Source: the human T2T-CHM13v2.0 reference genome, Homo sapiens. From it: a stretch of DNA of 64,000 nucleotides. Each line of letters begins with the position of its first letter. Position 1 is the stretch's first letter. Position numbers and translations under genes: made by a program. The stretch lies in assembly GCF_009914755.1 (NCBI RefSeq), contig NC_060948.1, one strand, 5' to 3'. The notes beneath the pieces are model-generated. The model saw nothing but the letters and a program-made list of their open reading frames with translations. It was not told the DNA's origin and did not search any database. Positions 1 to 17,841 of the stretch are shown here, piece by piece.

Positions 1-439
1 TTTAATCCTCAATAATGATTTTTTTTTTCTAGTCTCCGACAGTGGCTTTCATTCTGGGAAATAACCAAATAACTCAAAGCCAACCATGGTGAATATGGTG
101 AGTTATCAAAATGGCAGCATGACACAGTAGGAAGCGAATAGAAAGAGAGTTGGAAAATTTGACAAACACTGTGGGCTCAGTAGTAGCTCAGAGATTCATG
201 TTCATGGGACAGGGAGCAGGTAAGCAAATCTCCCTGCCTAAGTTTTCTTATGTGCCTGTTCATGAGCTAACACAACACATGTGAAGGTGCTATGCATTAG
301 TGAAGGTCAACACAAATGATGGGACTTACAAATGTGATACAGGAACCTAACATAACAAACACCAGCAAACAGGGAAGTACTGTCATTGTTAAAATTCAGG
401 TATTCTTGAAGCAAGAAGGTGGGTGGTTTTTGGTATGTC

Positions 440-691
440 ATGTTTTCTTTTTATTTTTTCATTTGAATTTTCTAATTGACAAATTTATGAAGTCCATAGT
501 GATGTTTCCATAAGTGTAATATATAGCGATAAGATCAACATCATTAACATAATCAGCTTCCCAAATATTTATCATTTCATTGTGTTGGAAATGTTCAATA
601 TTCTTGATCCACCTATTTGAAATGATATTGTATATTATCATTAACTACAGTCATCCTACAATCGTGTAGAACAAAAGAAGTTATTCCTCCT
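440..691 (-). mobile_element. Old L1M (L1MA/MB-like) 3' end fragment
   Basis: Antisense L1M 3'UTR motifs such as 'ttaactacagtcatcctaca...tagaac...ttattcctcct'; degenerate, boundaries approximate. Confidence 0.6.
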
Positions 692-1406
692 CAGGAACTT
701 CAAAAATAGTTGAGACACAACATTCACAAATAACACTTGGATGCATAGTTTGGGTCCATTCGTTTAAAAGTGCTGCATTAAGAAATACAGCATGCATTTA
801 TGTAGATTATATTTGTATGTACATAAGCACTCATGTATACAGAAATTAAAGTGTCAAGTGATTTCTTAGAAGTTGCTAAAATGTGGGAAGCTCATGAAGT
901 GGAATGAAATTAAATAAGAGCAAACAGTAATTCATTATATCTGGAATAAATGACAAATATTAATTCATTATATGTGGAATAAATGTGCAATTTTCAGTGG
1001 ATAAGTTTGGACAGATGATGGCGTGTTCAACAGAAAACCAATACAAGGAAAAGATTTTGAGATTTGGCAGGCTAAACAAGTAAGAATCCTGCAGAAAAGG
1101 TCACCCTTTAGGTAATACTATATTGTTTCTATTATTTAATGAGTTGCTTCTCAAGGATTATTTTTTCCTGTAATCGTCCTTCATACTTCTATGTTTGAGT
1201 CACAGGAATCTTATCAATTAACTTTTTTTTTTTTTTTTTTTTACTAGGAGAAGGAGGAAAAATTTGGCCACATTTTTTCTGACTTCAAGTTTATTTTCTT
1301 CTTGTAAAATCATCATTCCACTTTTGCCTGATGGCCACCAATATCTATGAAATAGTAGCAGCATATTTTACTACCTTTCCTTTTCTGTAATTTTTTTTTC
1401 ACCTAG

Positions 1407-1813
<407 letters not shown>

Positions 1814-2082
1814 CTGATTCTGTTTTAACTGCCCATCTCCAAAGAGTTCAGTTGTTCCCATGTGATGTTACCTTTATTTAGTAAGAACACATGCACCAGT
1901 TATGAAAAGATGACCAATGGAAATCTGACCTCATACTCTGTAGCATGCAAGCCCTTCATCCCTCACACCCTTCTGAGTTCACTTGGGTATTGCCTATTGG
2001 GACGATGACAGTGAAACAAGGAATGGCTGGTTCACATCAGAAGGAGAAATTTGTCCTGTATAAAAATGCCCTGTGAAGACGG

Positions 2083-2505
2083 CAAACAACCCAGATGTTC
2101 ATTGACTTATAAATGGATAAACAAAATTGCTATATACATACAATGGTATATTATTTGGCCATGAAAAGGAATGAAGAAGTAAATACAAGCTACAATATAG
2201 ACAGACCCTGATGATGGTGTGGTAAGGGAAATCCCATTGTAAAAAAGGAAAAATATTGTATGATTTCATTCATGAAATGTCTACTATAGACAAATCTATA
2301 TAGTCACAGAATTAGATTAGTAGTTGCCTAGTGTTGTGGGGATGGATGGAGGAACTTAGGGAGGGATGACCAAGGGATGGATAAAAATGTTCTAAAATTG
2401 ATTGTAGTGATGATTACACAGAATATGAATATTCTGAAAACCCTGATATTATACATTTCTGGGGTGAATTATAGGATTTATGAATTTTACTTTAATAAAG
2501 TTGTT
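2083..2505 (+). mobile_element. L1MB-like 3' end
   Basis: 'aaacaacccagatgttcattgac...aaatggataaacaaaat...aaaatgttctaaaattgattgtagtgatg...aataaagttgtt' is typical of L1MB 3'UTR. Confidence 0.75.
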
Positions 2506-3838
2506 ACTCTACGAAAAATATTGTTGAAGGCAGACTTTGAGACAATGTTCTGCCAGGCAGAACACTGGGCATTGGAATGGGTGACATTCCTTAGTTCCTG
2601 ATTTCTTTTTTCAGCCAAAGACTTTTTGTGCTAACACCTGCAAGACATACACCTGCAAGGCTTATAAAAGATGTTTATGGTGTGGCGTAAATGCCCACTG
2701 CTCTATGGGCACAAAGGGTAATGCCTACTCTAACTAACGCCCCAAGCAGGGCTCAACATTATTCCAGTTTGTTGTTTTGGATAACTGTATACACAAGAAC
2801 CAGAAGCATTGCTACTCAGGGAAAGACACATAACTCCAAGATTGAGTGTCTCTCTTGGTTCTTCACCAGCCACAAAAATGAATCCATTTGCATATGATCA
2901 ACATATAAAATAGCAAATACAGTATTTCATGAAGACATTGTTTTTTTAGTTAACATTTATAACTGTTTCTTAATAAAGTCAGTCAGTAAAAACAATACAG
3001 TTTCTTTAACAAATTTATCATTTAGAAGACATTTTATGGTGGGTTCATTCTTACTTCAACTTTTGTTTTCATATAACTATATCAAATGCTTTCAGGACAC
3101 TTGAAATAACTCACTAAATCAAGAATTCTTGGGAATAAGTTGGAAGAACACTGTTCTAATTGATTCATTGACCCTTTAACTTGGAGTAACTCAATTTGTT
3201 TCCTTGTCTTTAAAATGTACCTGCTTCTAGTGGGCTGACCTAGTTTTTTTGAATTCATTTTTCAATCTGTATGCATGTGTGTGTACATATATGCACATAT
3301 ATACATACATATGTTGTCAATTATGTGTTAAGAAGACAAGAAATGGATGTAAGAGTGAGAAATAATGTATCCTTTAATGTCAAAACCACCTGTTAAGGAT
3401 GGAGATTGGGAAAGAGAAGACCTGGCTGGATCCAAACTCCAAGAAAATTTTCAGGTGCAAAATTTTAGCAGGAGCTATGGAAAGTTAATTATATGTGTAA
3501 GAAAACAATATTTTTGAGAACTTCCTGATCAATCCTGGTGTTGAGAAATGATGGAAAGAGATGAGAATAGAGAAATCTTTGAGAAACATGAAGCTAGGAA
3601 ATCCTTGGGGTTTGGGTAAATTAAGGACGTGTTTTCTTAAATATGAGTCATGAGAAGGTTTTCTTTTCAAATTGTATTTTAGATTTAGCGGGTACACATG
3701 AAGATTTGTTAGCTGGGAAAATTGCATTATGTAAAGCTGGCTTAGAAGTTGTTAATGTGCCTTCTCTGTGATTGTCTACCTCTCTAACCTCCCCAAGTCA
3801 AATCTTAGTAGAGCCACAGATTGCTTGCAAGAGTGGAG

Positions 3839-4678
<840 letters not shown>

Positions 4679-5122
4679 TGGTAATTCAGTGAAAATAAAT
4701 AAATTATAGGCATAAACCCAGGATGCTGTGTGTCAGATAGCACATGTTACCTGGAACAAAAAAATTGAATTAACTCATTACTATTCAGGTAAAGGCATTT
4801 GAAGTCAAATTGGAATATAAAACATAAGTATCTTTAAACAATTTAAAAATGCCATAAACATTTCAAATATCATTTAATTTGCAGTGGAGAATCTGAGGAT
4901 CTCTTAGTTAGACCTAAAGCACAGAAATATAAACACTGGAAATAATGAACTAAAATTTTAAGTCAGCCTTTTCTTATATATTTTAAAGCAATTATAATAT
5001 TTGGTAAATATGCCTTAGGAAGGAAAAAGTCTTGTATCTTGAGAAAGTAGCATCTTCTACAGAAGAATCCTCTTTTAATCGAGGTGAGTAAAGGATGTTA
5101 AAAAAATACAGTATGTTCTCTT

Positions 5123-5400
5123 GGCCAGGCATGTGGCTCATGCCTATAATTCCAGCACTTTGGGAGGCCAAGGTTTGCATATCACTTGAGCCCAGGAGAT
5201 GGACACCAGACTGAGCAACATAGCAACACCCCATCTCTTCAAAAAAATACAAAAATTAGTGTGACATGGTGGCATGCACCTGTAGTCTCAGATACTCTGG
5301 AGGCTGAGGTGGGAAGATTGATTGAGGCCAGGAGATTGAAGCTGCAGTGACCCCTGATTGTGCCAGCCTAGGTGACAGAGTAAGATCCTGTTGCAAAAAT
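5123..5400 (+). mobile_element. AluJ
   Basis: 'ggccaggcatgtggctcatgcctataattccagcactttgggaggcc...cttgagcccaggag' J-type dimer. Confidence 0.88.
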
Positions 5401-5411
5401 ATATATTTTTT

Positions 5412-5414
<3 letters not shown>

Positions 5415-5468
<54 letters not shown>
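5415..5468. repeat. (AT)n microsatellite
   Basis: About 27 uninterrupted AT units directly after the Alu tail. Confidence 0.95.
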
Positions 5469-5470
<2 letters not shown>

Positions 5471-5603
5471 AGCACCACAAGAACACAAGGAACAAGGAAG
5501 TCTTCTAGAGAAACTGGTGAGGTGGGGGCTGAATTTCCTTTTAAAATTTAAGTTGTGCAAGATATGCTTATCTATTAGTATCTAATTCTTTCTTCTGTTC
5601 AAT

Positions 5604-5785
5604 GAAAGAAATAAACAAAGAAAGAGATAAAGAAAGAAAGAACGAAAGAAAGAAAGAGAAAAAGAAAGAAAGAGAAAGAAGGAAAGAAGCAGGGAAGGAG
5701 GGAAAGAAGGAAGGAAGGAAGGAAGGAAAAGAAAGAAGGGAAAGAAGGAAGGGAAAGAAAGAAAAAAAAAGGAAAGAAAGAAAAG
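5604..5785. repeat. Purine-rich (GAAA/GGAA)n complex repeat
   Basis: Seen directly. Confidence 0.92.
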
Positions 5786-6032
5786 TGTCTCCTATATCTT
5801 TAACTGTTAACTGCAATTTAAAAAATTTCATCTCTAAGGAAAGTATCCTGTAACCATGAAGTATATGATAACAGAAAATCTTGTTGAATTTTTTTTTTTT
5901 TTTTTTTTTTTTTGCTGTAGGTAATTGGGCTTTCCTTGATTTTAGCGGTAAAATTTTGCTATAGGAAATTGAATATTCTTACTTAGAATGGACTCACCAA
6001 TCACGCTTAATTTCACCACCAATGATTACCTA

Positions 6033-6080
<48 letters not shown>

Positions 6081-6082
6081 AC
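6033..6082. repeat. (CT)n(CA)n compound microsatellite
   Basis: Seen directly. Confidence 0.95.
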
Positions 6083-6087
6083 CATAT

Positions 6088-6889
6088 TGAAGCAGGAAAT
6101 TTTCCCAGACCCCTTTGTGGGTGGGAACTGGAATGCATGGGTGCTGGCATGGGCAAACTCCACTCACTGGAACCCACTGCTTTCAATCACTCCAGGGAGG
6201 GAGCACACAGGTGAGCAGGTGCAGAAGGTGGAGTGCTTTTGGGTATGCCTTTGGGTGCCAGTAGGGAGGAACATCGTGCTGGCCTTGCAGCTGCATCTAG
6301 GGGGGTGCCCACCACCCCTGAAGCCTGAGAAGGAGTGTTACAGTGGTGTTCCTTTAGCTTTGCTATCCTATTGATGGCTTAAATATGAATAGTTCAGTGG
6401 AGGATGAGTATGACAATCTTTTGCAACCATACTTGTGGCATCTGAGTTCTTCTCTGGCATCCAGGAGGAATGAGGTTGCACGAACACATTGGAGATGATA
6501 AGTATGGGGTGTGGGAGATTTTATTGCAGATGAAAGTGGCTCTTAGCGGGAAAGGGAGCTGAGAAAGGGAAGAAAGTTGGAAGGTAATCTTCAAACGCTG
6601 CACCATCAAGCCATCCTTCTCAAGTTAAGCTGCTCCTCCCTAATGTCCAACAGTAGACTCTAATGTTCAGCTGCTTCTACTCTTCTTCTCTCTCTAACAG
6701 TGGAGCCTGGGGTTATGTGGCCACAGGATGGGGATGGGGCAGGCCATGGGTGGTTTTAGAAAGGGCAACATTCAAATGTGAAAACAGGAATGCAGGTTCT
6801 CACTTTGGGTGGTTTTAGGCTTCGGGGTGGGGACATCACAGCAGACCCCACTCTTCTGCCCAGAATTTCCCTGCCTCCTGTCTCTGTCA
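6088..6889 (-). mobile_element. Solo ERV1 LTR (MER50/MER52-like)
   Basis: TG...CA termini; minus strand starts TGACAGAGACAGGAGGCAGGGAAATTCTGGGCAGAAGAG; 4-bp TSD ATAT/ATAC. Confidence 0.75.
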
Positions 6890-7142
6890 ATACCAAATTT
6901 ATCTCGTGGTCAGCATGTTTCAAAAATCTTGAAATTGTGCCATCCCTCTGCAGATAACTTGAAATACAACATGATTTTAGTAGATTCAAAACCAAACACA
7001 ATACAAATTCTCATTCTTTCCTTGATCTTAAAGAAGGCCATATATGGATAATCAACCCTTTGTAATTTTCTTTCTTCAGCACCAAGCCTTCCCTTTTCCA
7101 CCACATTCAGTCAGTCTTTCTTGTTGTAGAGGAAGGAGTTGA

Positions 7143-7520
<378 letters not shown>

Positions 7521-8076
7521 CCGATCCTCTTTCTAAGAATGATGAGTGAGTTTAAATTTCTTTCCATTTATGTTCCTAACTAATATATATTTTCAATGCA
7601 AATTTTCACTCATACAAGTTTTTTTCTGCGTTTAAATCTCATGTCCATTAACCCAGTTGTCTTCCTTTAGTTTCGTTTCTAGGGTAATACAGTATCCTCC
7701 ACAAAGATCTTGCTCTCATTTCTGCCCCATACCCTACCTCTTACATTTTAGGACCACACCAAGTAATTATTTTAAACCATGGGTTTGACTAATCACTTGT
7801 TAGTTGAAAGACACTCCTCAGTTTCCTGTTTTTCATCCTCCAGGGACCTTTCCAATCCTACTACAGTTATATTTTCAGCCCTAGTATCCCTACTAGCTGG
7901 TTTACAATATCTTTAATTATCGAGAGCTTTTCATCAGTTTCATACTATTTTCCCTCTTAGTGATATTGTTTCCATTTCTGTTTGGAAGTAAAATTCACAT
8001 AAGCAAATTTTCACACAAAGAAATATAACAAAAATTTAACATATCATAAAATTTTCACCTAACAAACATTTTCAAC

Positions 8077-10940
<2,864 letters not shown>

Positions 10941-10954
10941 TAACTTAAGATTTT

Positions 10955-11085
10955 TTAACCTAACAAAGTTAACTTAACAAATTGGTATGTGTGCAATACA
11001 ATTTTGTTGACTCTAGGTACAATGTGGCATAGCAGATCTCTACAAGTTGTTCGTATTGCTAAACTAAAGCTTCATGCCCATTCAT
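10955..11085 (-). mobile_element. L1MA/MB 3' fragment
   Basis: 'caatacaattttgttgactctaggtacaatgtggcatagcagatctctacaagtt' antisense L1M 3'UTR. Confidence 0.6.
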
Positions 11086-11494
11086 TATTTGGTTGTCTTT
11101 TAAATTGACCTTCTGTAAAGGTAAATTTACATCCCATTATATGGGAAAGCCCCATGTTCATGACCTTGAAGGTTTACTTTTATGATTTGCATCCTCTTTC
11201 TTGGTGCACAGGGGATACACTCCATCCATACCTGTCAATATATTGCTAAACATAGAATGCTATCTCAGAGCTGAGTAAGTGGTAAGGCTGACATTATTTT
11301 GGTGGAGTTGTGATGGAATAGTGTAGGTACATGTCTAGTAGAGTGTTCAGTGAGGTGTAATTCTTATGACATCCCTCATGGTACAAAAAGAGATCAAACA
11401 TCAAAACATTGGTTTTGCCTGGTGTTTCCCCCTAGTGTTCAGCTACTATTTGTAATCACTTTTATTTTATGTTGCCAGGGATTCCTGGAAGATG

Positions 11495-12090
11495 AGATTT
11501 CCTTTTTCTATGTGAATGTAACAAATCAATATAAATTTGGCATCTTAAAACAATACCCACTTATGAGCTCATGGTTTCTGTGGATTGGACCTCCTAGCAT
11601 AGTATGGCTCAGTTGGTTCTCTCCTTTGAGTCACAAGAAGAAAATAAAATTGGAGGCAGTGCTCTCTTCCTTCCTGGGAGCTTGACCAGGGAATTGTTTC
11701 CAAAATCATGCAGGTGGTTTGGGAGAAGGCAGTCGTAGAACAGCTTGTTTATTGACAAGCTTCCAGGGGGTCCTTGTTGTTTTCTGGTTTATGGCTCCCT
11801 TTTAAGCCAGCAACTATAGGTCAAGTCCTGCTCATGCTCAGAAGCTTTCTGCCTCATTCTTCCTCTGCCTACCTCTTTCACACATCTCTTTTATGGCCCC
11901 ATCATTTTTTAAGGGCTCATGTGATGACACTGGGCTATCTGCATACTCCAGGATATTCTAGTTTATGGTCCACCAATGAGTTACCTTAACTCCATCTGCA
12001 AGGTCCCTTCACAGCAGACTCGAGTCATGTTTGAGTGAATAACCCGGGGAAAGGACACTTGGGAGGATGTCTTTTGAAGTGAACTACCAA
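11495..12090 (-). mobile_element. MaLR LTR (MLT1E/D-like)
   Basis: 'gtaacaaatca...ttaaaacaatacccacttatgagctcatggtttctgtgg' and 'ccttaactccatctgcaaggtcccttcacagcag' antisense MLT1 motifs. Confidence 0.65.
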
Positions 12091-12393
12091 GATGAATAAC
12101 AGCCAACCCCATGTATACGGAAATATCTAGAGCCAAAATCAAACCAACAATGGAATGATAGGAGAAGCCAGAGGCAAGGTGGGGGTAAATCAATGCCAGG
12201 TGTTAAAGCATGTGATCCTCAGATTCAGATTATTCTTGTGATTCAGAGCAGAGGAAGAAATGCAGATACCTCTCTTTTGAAGTAGCAGGTAAATGTAGCA
12301 AATGGGTTGAGAAAGTAGCTGTACCTACACTTGTGCTCTGTTGTACTGTTCTTTAGCGCTATTGAACCTCATGTCATACTATGTGTTTACCTC

Positions 12394-13171
12394 TGTGAAA
12401 GACAATATAATCTCGAGACCCCAAACTTAGCATACCAAAGGGAAAAATGAAGCTTGGAAGCTGATTCATGCAAAAACTGCTTTTCTTTTTTTCCTAAATT
12501 GATAGCTGCAATTTCACATCCCTGTGTCATAGTCTCATCCATAAGCCAGTTTCCCACAATGACAGAAAGCCATGATCTCCTCAGATGGCCTCTCTCACAA
12601 ATTGCAAACAGGTAAATTCCTTGTGAGCCCCCAAATTTTTCAGGATTCATATCCCCAGTATGACGTATCCCTAAAACCAAACTCTGTTGAATCTCTTCCT
12701 AGCAATGTCAATTACTGGCTTATTTTCCCAGGTACAGGAGAAGGACAAGACTAGAAATCATTCATGCATCCATCCCAAGATAAATGTGGGACAGACTTTT
12801 TCTTCTATTCCCTCTTTCTGCATGTTTATCCTATATTAAGTGTAGATTTACTGAGTGTGGGATGAATGGATGATTGACTTTTCCCCTACCCCCTTTTCAA
12901 CTGTAAAATGTAGATTCACTGAGCACTAACCAAAGCCTCACAAGAATGCAACCCACTTGTCTCATTGCTTGCCCATCTTTCTTTTCTTTCCCCCTTCCCC
13001 TATGTTTTCCTTTTCACCTTTAAATACTGAAGTTCTCTAAACCCCTTTAGAATAAGTACAGGTCAAGATGTTCCCATGATATGTTTTTTGCAGGGTGTGT
13101 CCTCAAACCAGACAAAATAAACCTCTCATGGATCCAGATCTGCCTCAGCCGTTTTTTGTTTTTGGTCTACA
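12394..13171 (+). mobile_element. Solo ERV1 LTR, MER4 group (MER4D-like)
   Basis: Starts TGTGAAAGACAATATAATCTCGAGACCCCAAAC, has AATAAA near the 3' end and ends 'tttggtctaca'; TSD CCTC/CATC. Confidence 0.72.
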
Positions 13172-14344
13172 CATCCTAGTATTTTCTTTCAATATTCTTT
13201 CTACTGGAGATTTTTTTTTCCCTTGGAATGTTTTTGAAGTTGTCCAACTCATTCTTCAAGAGAAGACATGTGTTTCCTCTTCCAGGAAACCTTTGCTGGT
13301 CCTCTCTGGCCACGTTTGCTGCATCTGCCTCAGTGTTTCCATAAAAGGAGCTGCCCTCTTCTATTCCCTGCATCACACATTGCAGTTTTTGCCTGGCTAT
13401 CTCTAACTGTAGATGCTAACTCCTTCATCTGTATTCTGTACAGCCTCTCAAAGGTACCTGAGATACAGTCAGCACTAAATCAATATTTGCAGAAAAAAAG
13501 TGCATTATGATTAAACAGCAGGTTGTTGATCAGTTGTGTTGTTGAACGTTGCTAGTGAAAAGTGCACATAATTATTATGCACAGTTTTAGTGGTTACATA
13601 GTGAACTCAAGAGTTTAGAGGATTTCTTTAGAGCTAAATGATTTTTTTTTTGTGGATAACAAAAGTAGAAAAACAACTAAATTTAAATATTTATGGTACG
13701 TTAATTTGCTAAGCATAGCTAGCCAGAAGAAGAATGCCTGAGAAAGCAGCAAATCAACCCCAGGGAGAAAAAAAAATGTCTGCAGAGTTGAAGCTAATTT
13801 GCCATAACTAATACTATAACTTCCATGGAAAATGTTAGTAACAAAAGATTGCCACTGGATTCTTGGTCCTTTGAGAACTTAGATTTATCACACACTCTAC
13901 CATTAAGGTTGTGTGGGTAAATGAGGTTTTGAAAACTCTCTGCAATCATCCTTGGTTGCTTTGAGTTGAGTCTTTGTCAAAAGTAATATTTTACCCAGAA
14001 GAGTAATTTGCAATTTGCACAAAATCATTTAAGATACCTTTGTGTATGCTTTGCATCTTGGCATTTGGTCAACTTCCTAAGTGCCTAAAGTATGAAAAGG
14101 CAGCCTCATTGATTTTAGCAGTAAGACAGAGAATCTCAGTGCTTTCAGTAGTTTGCCTTCAAAATAGTTATTTTAAATGCTCCATAAATTAACTGGCATG
14201 GATGGTGCCAGGAATTATTATTATTTAATAGTAACAATGATCTAGCTGTCTGTTTATTTTCTATTGCAGATATAACCAGTGACCATACACTAAGCAGCTT
14301 GAAGTGAATCTCATGTGTTATCTGTCAGTATTATAGATAAGAAG

Positions 14345-14565
14345 TCAGCCTGGGCAACATAGTGAGAACTTGCCTCTACAAAAAAAATAAATACATACAT
14401 ACATAAGGAAAAGAAAAAGAAACAAAAAGAAAGGCCAAGCATGGTGGTATGTAACTATGGTCCTAGCTACTTGTACTTGGGAGGCTGAGGTGGGAAGATC
14501 TCTTAAGCTCAGGAGATCTAGCCTACAGTGAGCCATGACAACAGTACTGCACTTCAGTCTTGGAG
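14345..14565 (+). mobile_element. 5'-truncated AluJ fragment
   Basis: 'cagcctgggcaacatagtgaga...ctacaaaaa...gggaggctgaggtgggaagatc...cagtgagccatg'. Confidence 0.75.
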
Positions 14566-14843
14566 TGTTTCACTGCTTCTTATAAAGAAGGAGAGGGAGT
14601 TATCTAGGTGGCACGTGGCTCAACAGGGTTCTCTGCACTGGGTTTAGCTACAGCTGACCTACTTTTTCTCATGCTTCAAATTGTTCCTGCCTCCTCTTCT
14701 GCTGCATTTCTCTGAACACAGCCAGGAATGCTTCTCTGCCTTTGAAGGCTCATGTGATTAGATTGAGCCTACCCAGATAATTCAGGATAATCTTTTTATT
14801 TTAACGGCCATGGTATAGATGTCTACAAAGAGCCTTTGGTCAT

Positions 14844-15262
14844 GGTATGAATTTGCATTGGCTACCATAACAAAGTACCACAGATGGGGTGACCTATGCA
14901 ACAGATGTTTATTCTCCCACAGTCCTGGGGGCTGGAAGTCCAAGATCAAGGTGTGGACTGGGCTGGTTCTTCTGAAGGCCTCTCTCCTTGGCTTGTAGAC
15001 CCCATCTACTCCTTGTGTCTTCACATAACCTCCTCTGTGTGTGTCTGTTGCCTAATCCACTCTCCTTATGCCTAATCCACTCTCCTTAATCCTACTGGAT
15101 TAAGGCCCACTCTTGTAACCTCATTTAAAATTTTAAATTCTCATTTTGAACCTCATTTTAAATTCCTCTGTCAAGGACCTATCCAAATACAATCATATTC
15201 TGAGGTTCCAGGGGTTAGGACTCCAGCAAGTAAATTTGGAGGACACATGATTTAGCTTATAA
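14844..15262 (-). mobile_element. MaLR LTR (MLT1A/B-like)
   Basis: 'ccataacaaagtaccacagatgggg...ggctggaagtccaagatcaaggtg...atattctgaggttccaggggttaggact'. Confidence 0.8.
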
Positions 15263-15555
15263 AAGCCATAAAACATAGCATAATCAAAGGTTCAGGGAAT
15301 TAAAACATGGATACTGCGAGGAGGAGATGTTCTTTAGCCTACCACAAATTTAAACTCTTGAAAAACAGCAAATAATTGGGTGTATCATGAGAACTAACAC
15401 CCCAAAATTCTTGACATTTTTTGTATCAATGATAAATGTTTTCATGAACAGCTACTGGATTATACCTGGGACAATCTGGCTTCCTGAACCCCCAGTAAAA
15501 GGGCTCCCTCATATTTATGTGGGATAATATGCAAACTAAGCTATAATTCATAATC

Positions 15556-15846
15556 TTTTTTTTTTTTTTTTTGAGATGAAATCTCACTGTCATCCAGGCT
15601 GGAGAGCAGTGGCACAATCTCAGCTCACTGAAACCTCCACCTCCTGGGTTCAAGGGATTATCCTGTCTCAGACTTCCCTGGGACTACAGGCATGTGCTAC
15701 CACATTTGAGTAAATTTTGTATTTTTAGTAGAGATGATGTTTCACCATGTTGGCCAGGCTGGTCTTGAACTCCTGGCTTAAGATGATCCATCCATCTCAG
15801 CCTCCCAAAGTGCTGGGATTATGGGCATGGGCAGTGTGCCCAGGCC
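15556..15846 (-). mobile_element. AluS
   Basis: Antisense dimer with poly(T); flanking TCATAATCT repeat. Confidence 0.88.
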
Positions 15847-15984
15847 AATGAGTCATAATCTAACCATCACTGACTTTTCGTATCTTGATATAAAAAAAAG
15901 TCTTCTAAATTTAATTATTTTTAGTGTTAAATAATTTACATTTTATCTTATTATTGAGGTTCTTGGTACCTGGTAAAGAGATTT

Positions 15985-16192
15985 TGTTCTGTCCAGTTGA
16001 GTAGCCTTTAGCCAATATGGCTATTTAAGCTAAAATTAGGATTTAAAAAAATTAAGCAAAATTTAAAATTCATTCTCAGATGTATCAGCCACTTTAAGAT
16101 ATCAAGATCCTTGTATGACTGATGGTTTTGATCCTTCACCTTATTAATATGGAACATTTCCATCATCACAGGGAGCTCTTTGGTTAACACCA
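15985..16192. mobile_element. hAT-Charlie MITE relic (MER3/MER33-like)
   Basis: 'gtagcc..tagccaatatggctatttaa...aaattcattctc...gaacatttccatcatcacagggagctct'. Confidence 0.6.
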
Positions 16193-17841
16193 GTCTAGAC
16201 AGTAATATTGTGATTTTTTAATGATGAGATTCTCTCAAGCTCATTTAACCTGATAAGAACATTACAGTGTGGATACAGATTTATTACAGCAATATTTATG
16301 TCGATTAATTTATTTAAAGGATAATTATCTATTAAATACAAAGCTAAAGAAATTAATACTGCCATTTATATTGAGCATGTCAACCCATGAGAAACCATAA
16401 TTTACAGAAGATAAATCTGTCTGTTTTGTGTGCTTGGTTCAATGTTTTAATGGGTTTCCAGGCAAGTAATGCTGGTTTTCATCCAATATTGGTGGATTAC
16501 ATGAAGTTGACTCCCAAACACTTGGCTTCCAGTTGAACATTCTTATTCATGATCTTTCTCTAAAACAAAGTTCAAGTAAAAATTGCTGAACTGTGAAAAT
16601 TACCTCCTGATGTAGACACAGTCATCACTTTATATAAAGATAAAAAAATCCTTTAATTTGGAGTGTATTAATGCAACCTTGGGCTTTTGTGTATTTTCTA
16701 GGTGTTAAAGAGGTGCACAGCCTCATAAAAGCCCTTTAGGTTTGTCTATTTATGGATACTACCAAATGCTTACCTAACTTTAATTTGAATTCACCTAACC
16801 CATTGATGTCATCTAAATTTAATTATTTTTAGTGTTAAATAAACATTGATGTTTTAGCACAAATTTTAAAGCTGAACAGATCTTTGAAACAAGTGATGAT
16901 TTTGTATATCCCCTGATGATAATTTACAATGATAATGTGTGGTTTCTTCATGAATTTCTAGAAATGAGTGTTATTGGAATAGAAACAGAGGAATGGATCT
17001 GTGAAGGATAGCCTGTTTTTGGCTTCTCTATCAGAAAGAACAGAATCTCTTTATCAGGTGATATTAACCTAAATAATAAGGTAAAATTTAGATTATTTAA
17101 CACTAAAACATAGGTTTGGATGACTTTTTCTGTATTCCAAGGTATTTAAGATTAGTGATGATTAGATTAAAAATCATAGCTAAGTGTGCACAGTATCCTG
17201 AATAAATATGAAGGAGCCCTTCTTTTGAGGTTTCAAGATGCAAGACTGTCTCAAGTATAACGTAGTGGCTGTCTAAATAATATTGGCAGCTCATGGCCTG
17301 ATCAATATCTGTGTACCTGGAATTTGGTGAATATACTCTTGGTATTTATAAGGCCAGTACTGCCCACATGTAATGGGCAATGGCTAAGCCTGTACCTATC
17401 TCCCTGGTTGTGTGACTCCATGTGTATAAAACTGGTATAGAAAGATTTTCTCTGCATGTGAATGAGAAATCCCACATCATTGGTATCTTGTCATCTCCAT
17501 CTATTAGACATCAATAACATGGACACATTTTACCACCTACAATTTTTCTCTAGCCCAAAATACATCCAGCATGGGAGGATTCCTGCCTCTACATGATGAA
17601 ACCTACTTTTTTGTTCTCAGAGGTGTAGAAGAAAGCTCTAGAATTAAAATGTCAGGACCTCATATCATGACACACCCACCCCCATTTTTTTTTGGTGTTG
17701 GGTGGGTCATTAAACTATTCTGAGCATCTGATTAAAACAACAGACAAAAACAACTATCAATTCAGGTTGGTGGAAATACTAAATTTAATGCACATAAGAC
17801 AGCAAGGCCATATGCACTTTTCCTGTAAAACATCAAACTCT

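Noticed and set aside
929-990. ~33-bp tandem duplication (AATTCATTATAT.TGGAATAAATG)
   Set aside because: Ordinary local slippage duplication.
5568-5853. Lys/Glu/Arg-rich and Phe/Ser-rich ORFs
   Set aside because: Translations of the GAAA/GGAA microsatellite.
15049-15088. Perfect 20-bp tandem duplication in an MLT1 LTR
   Set aside because: Common small duplication with no further structure.
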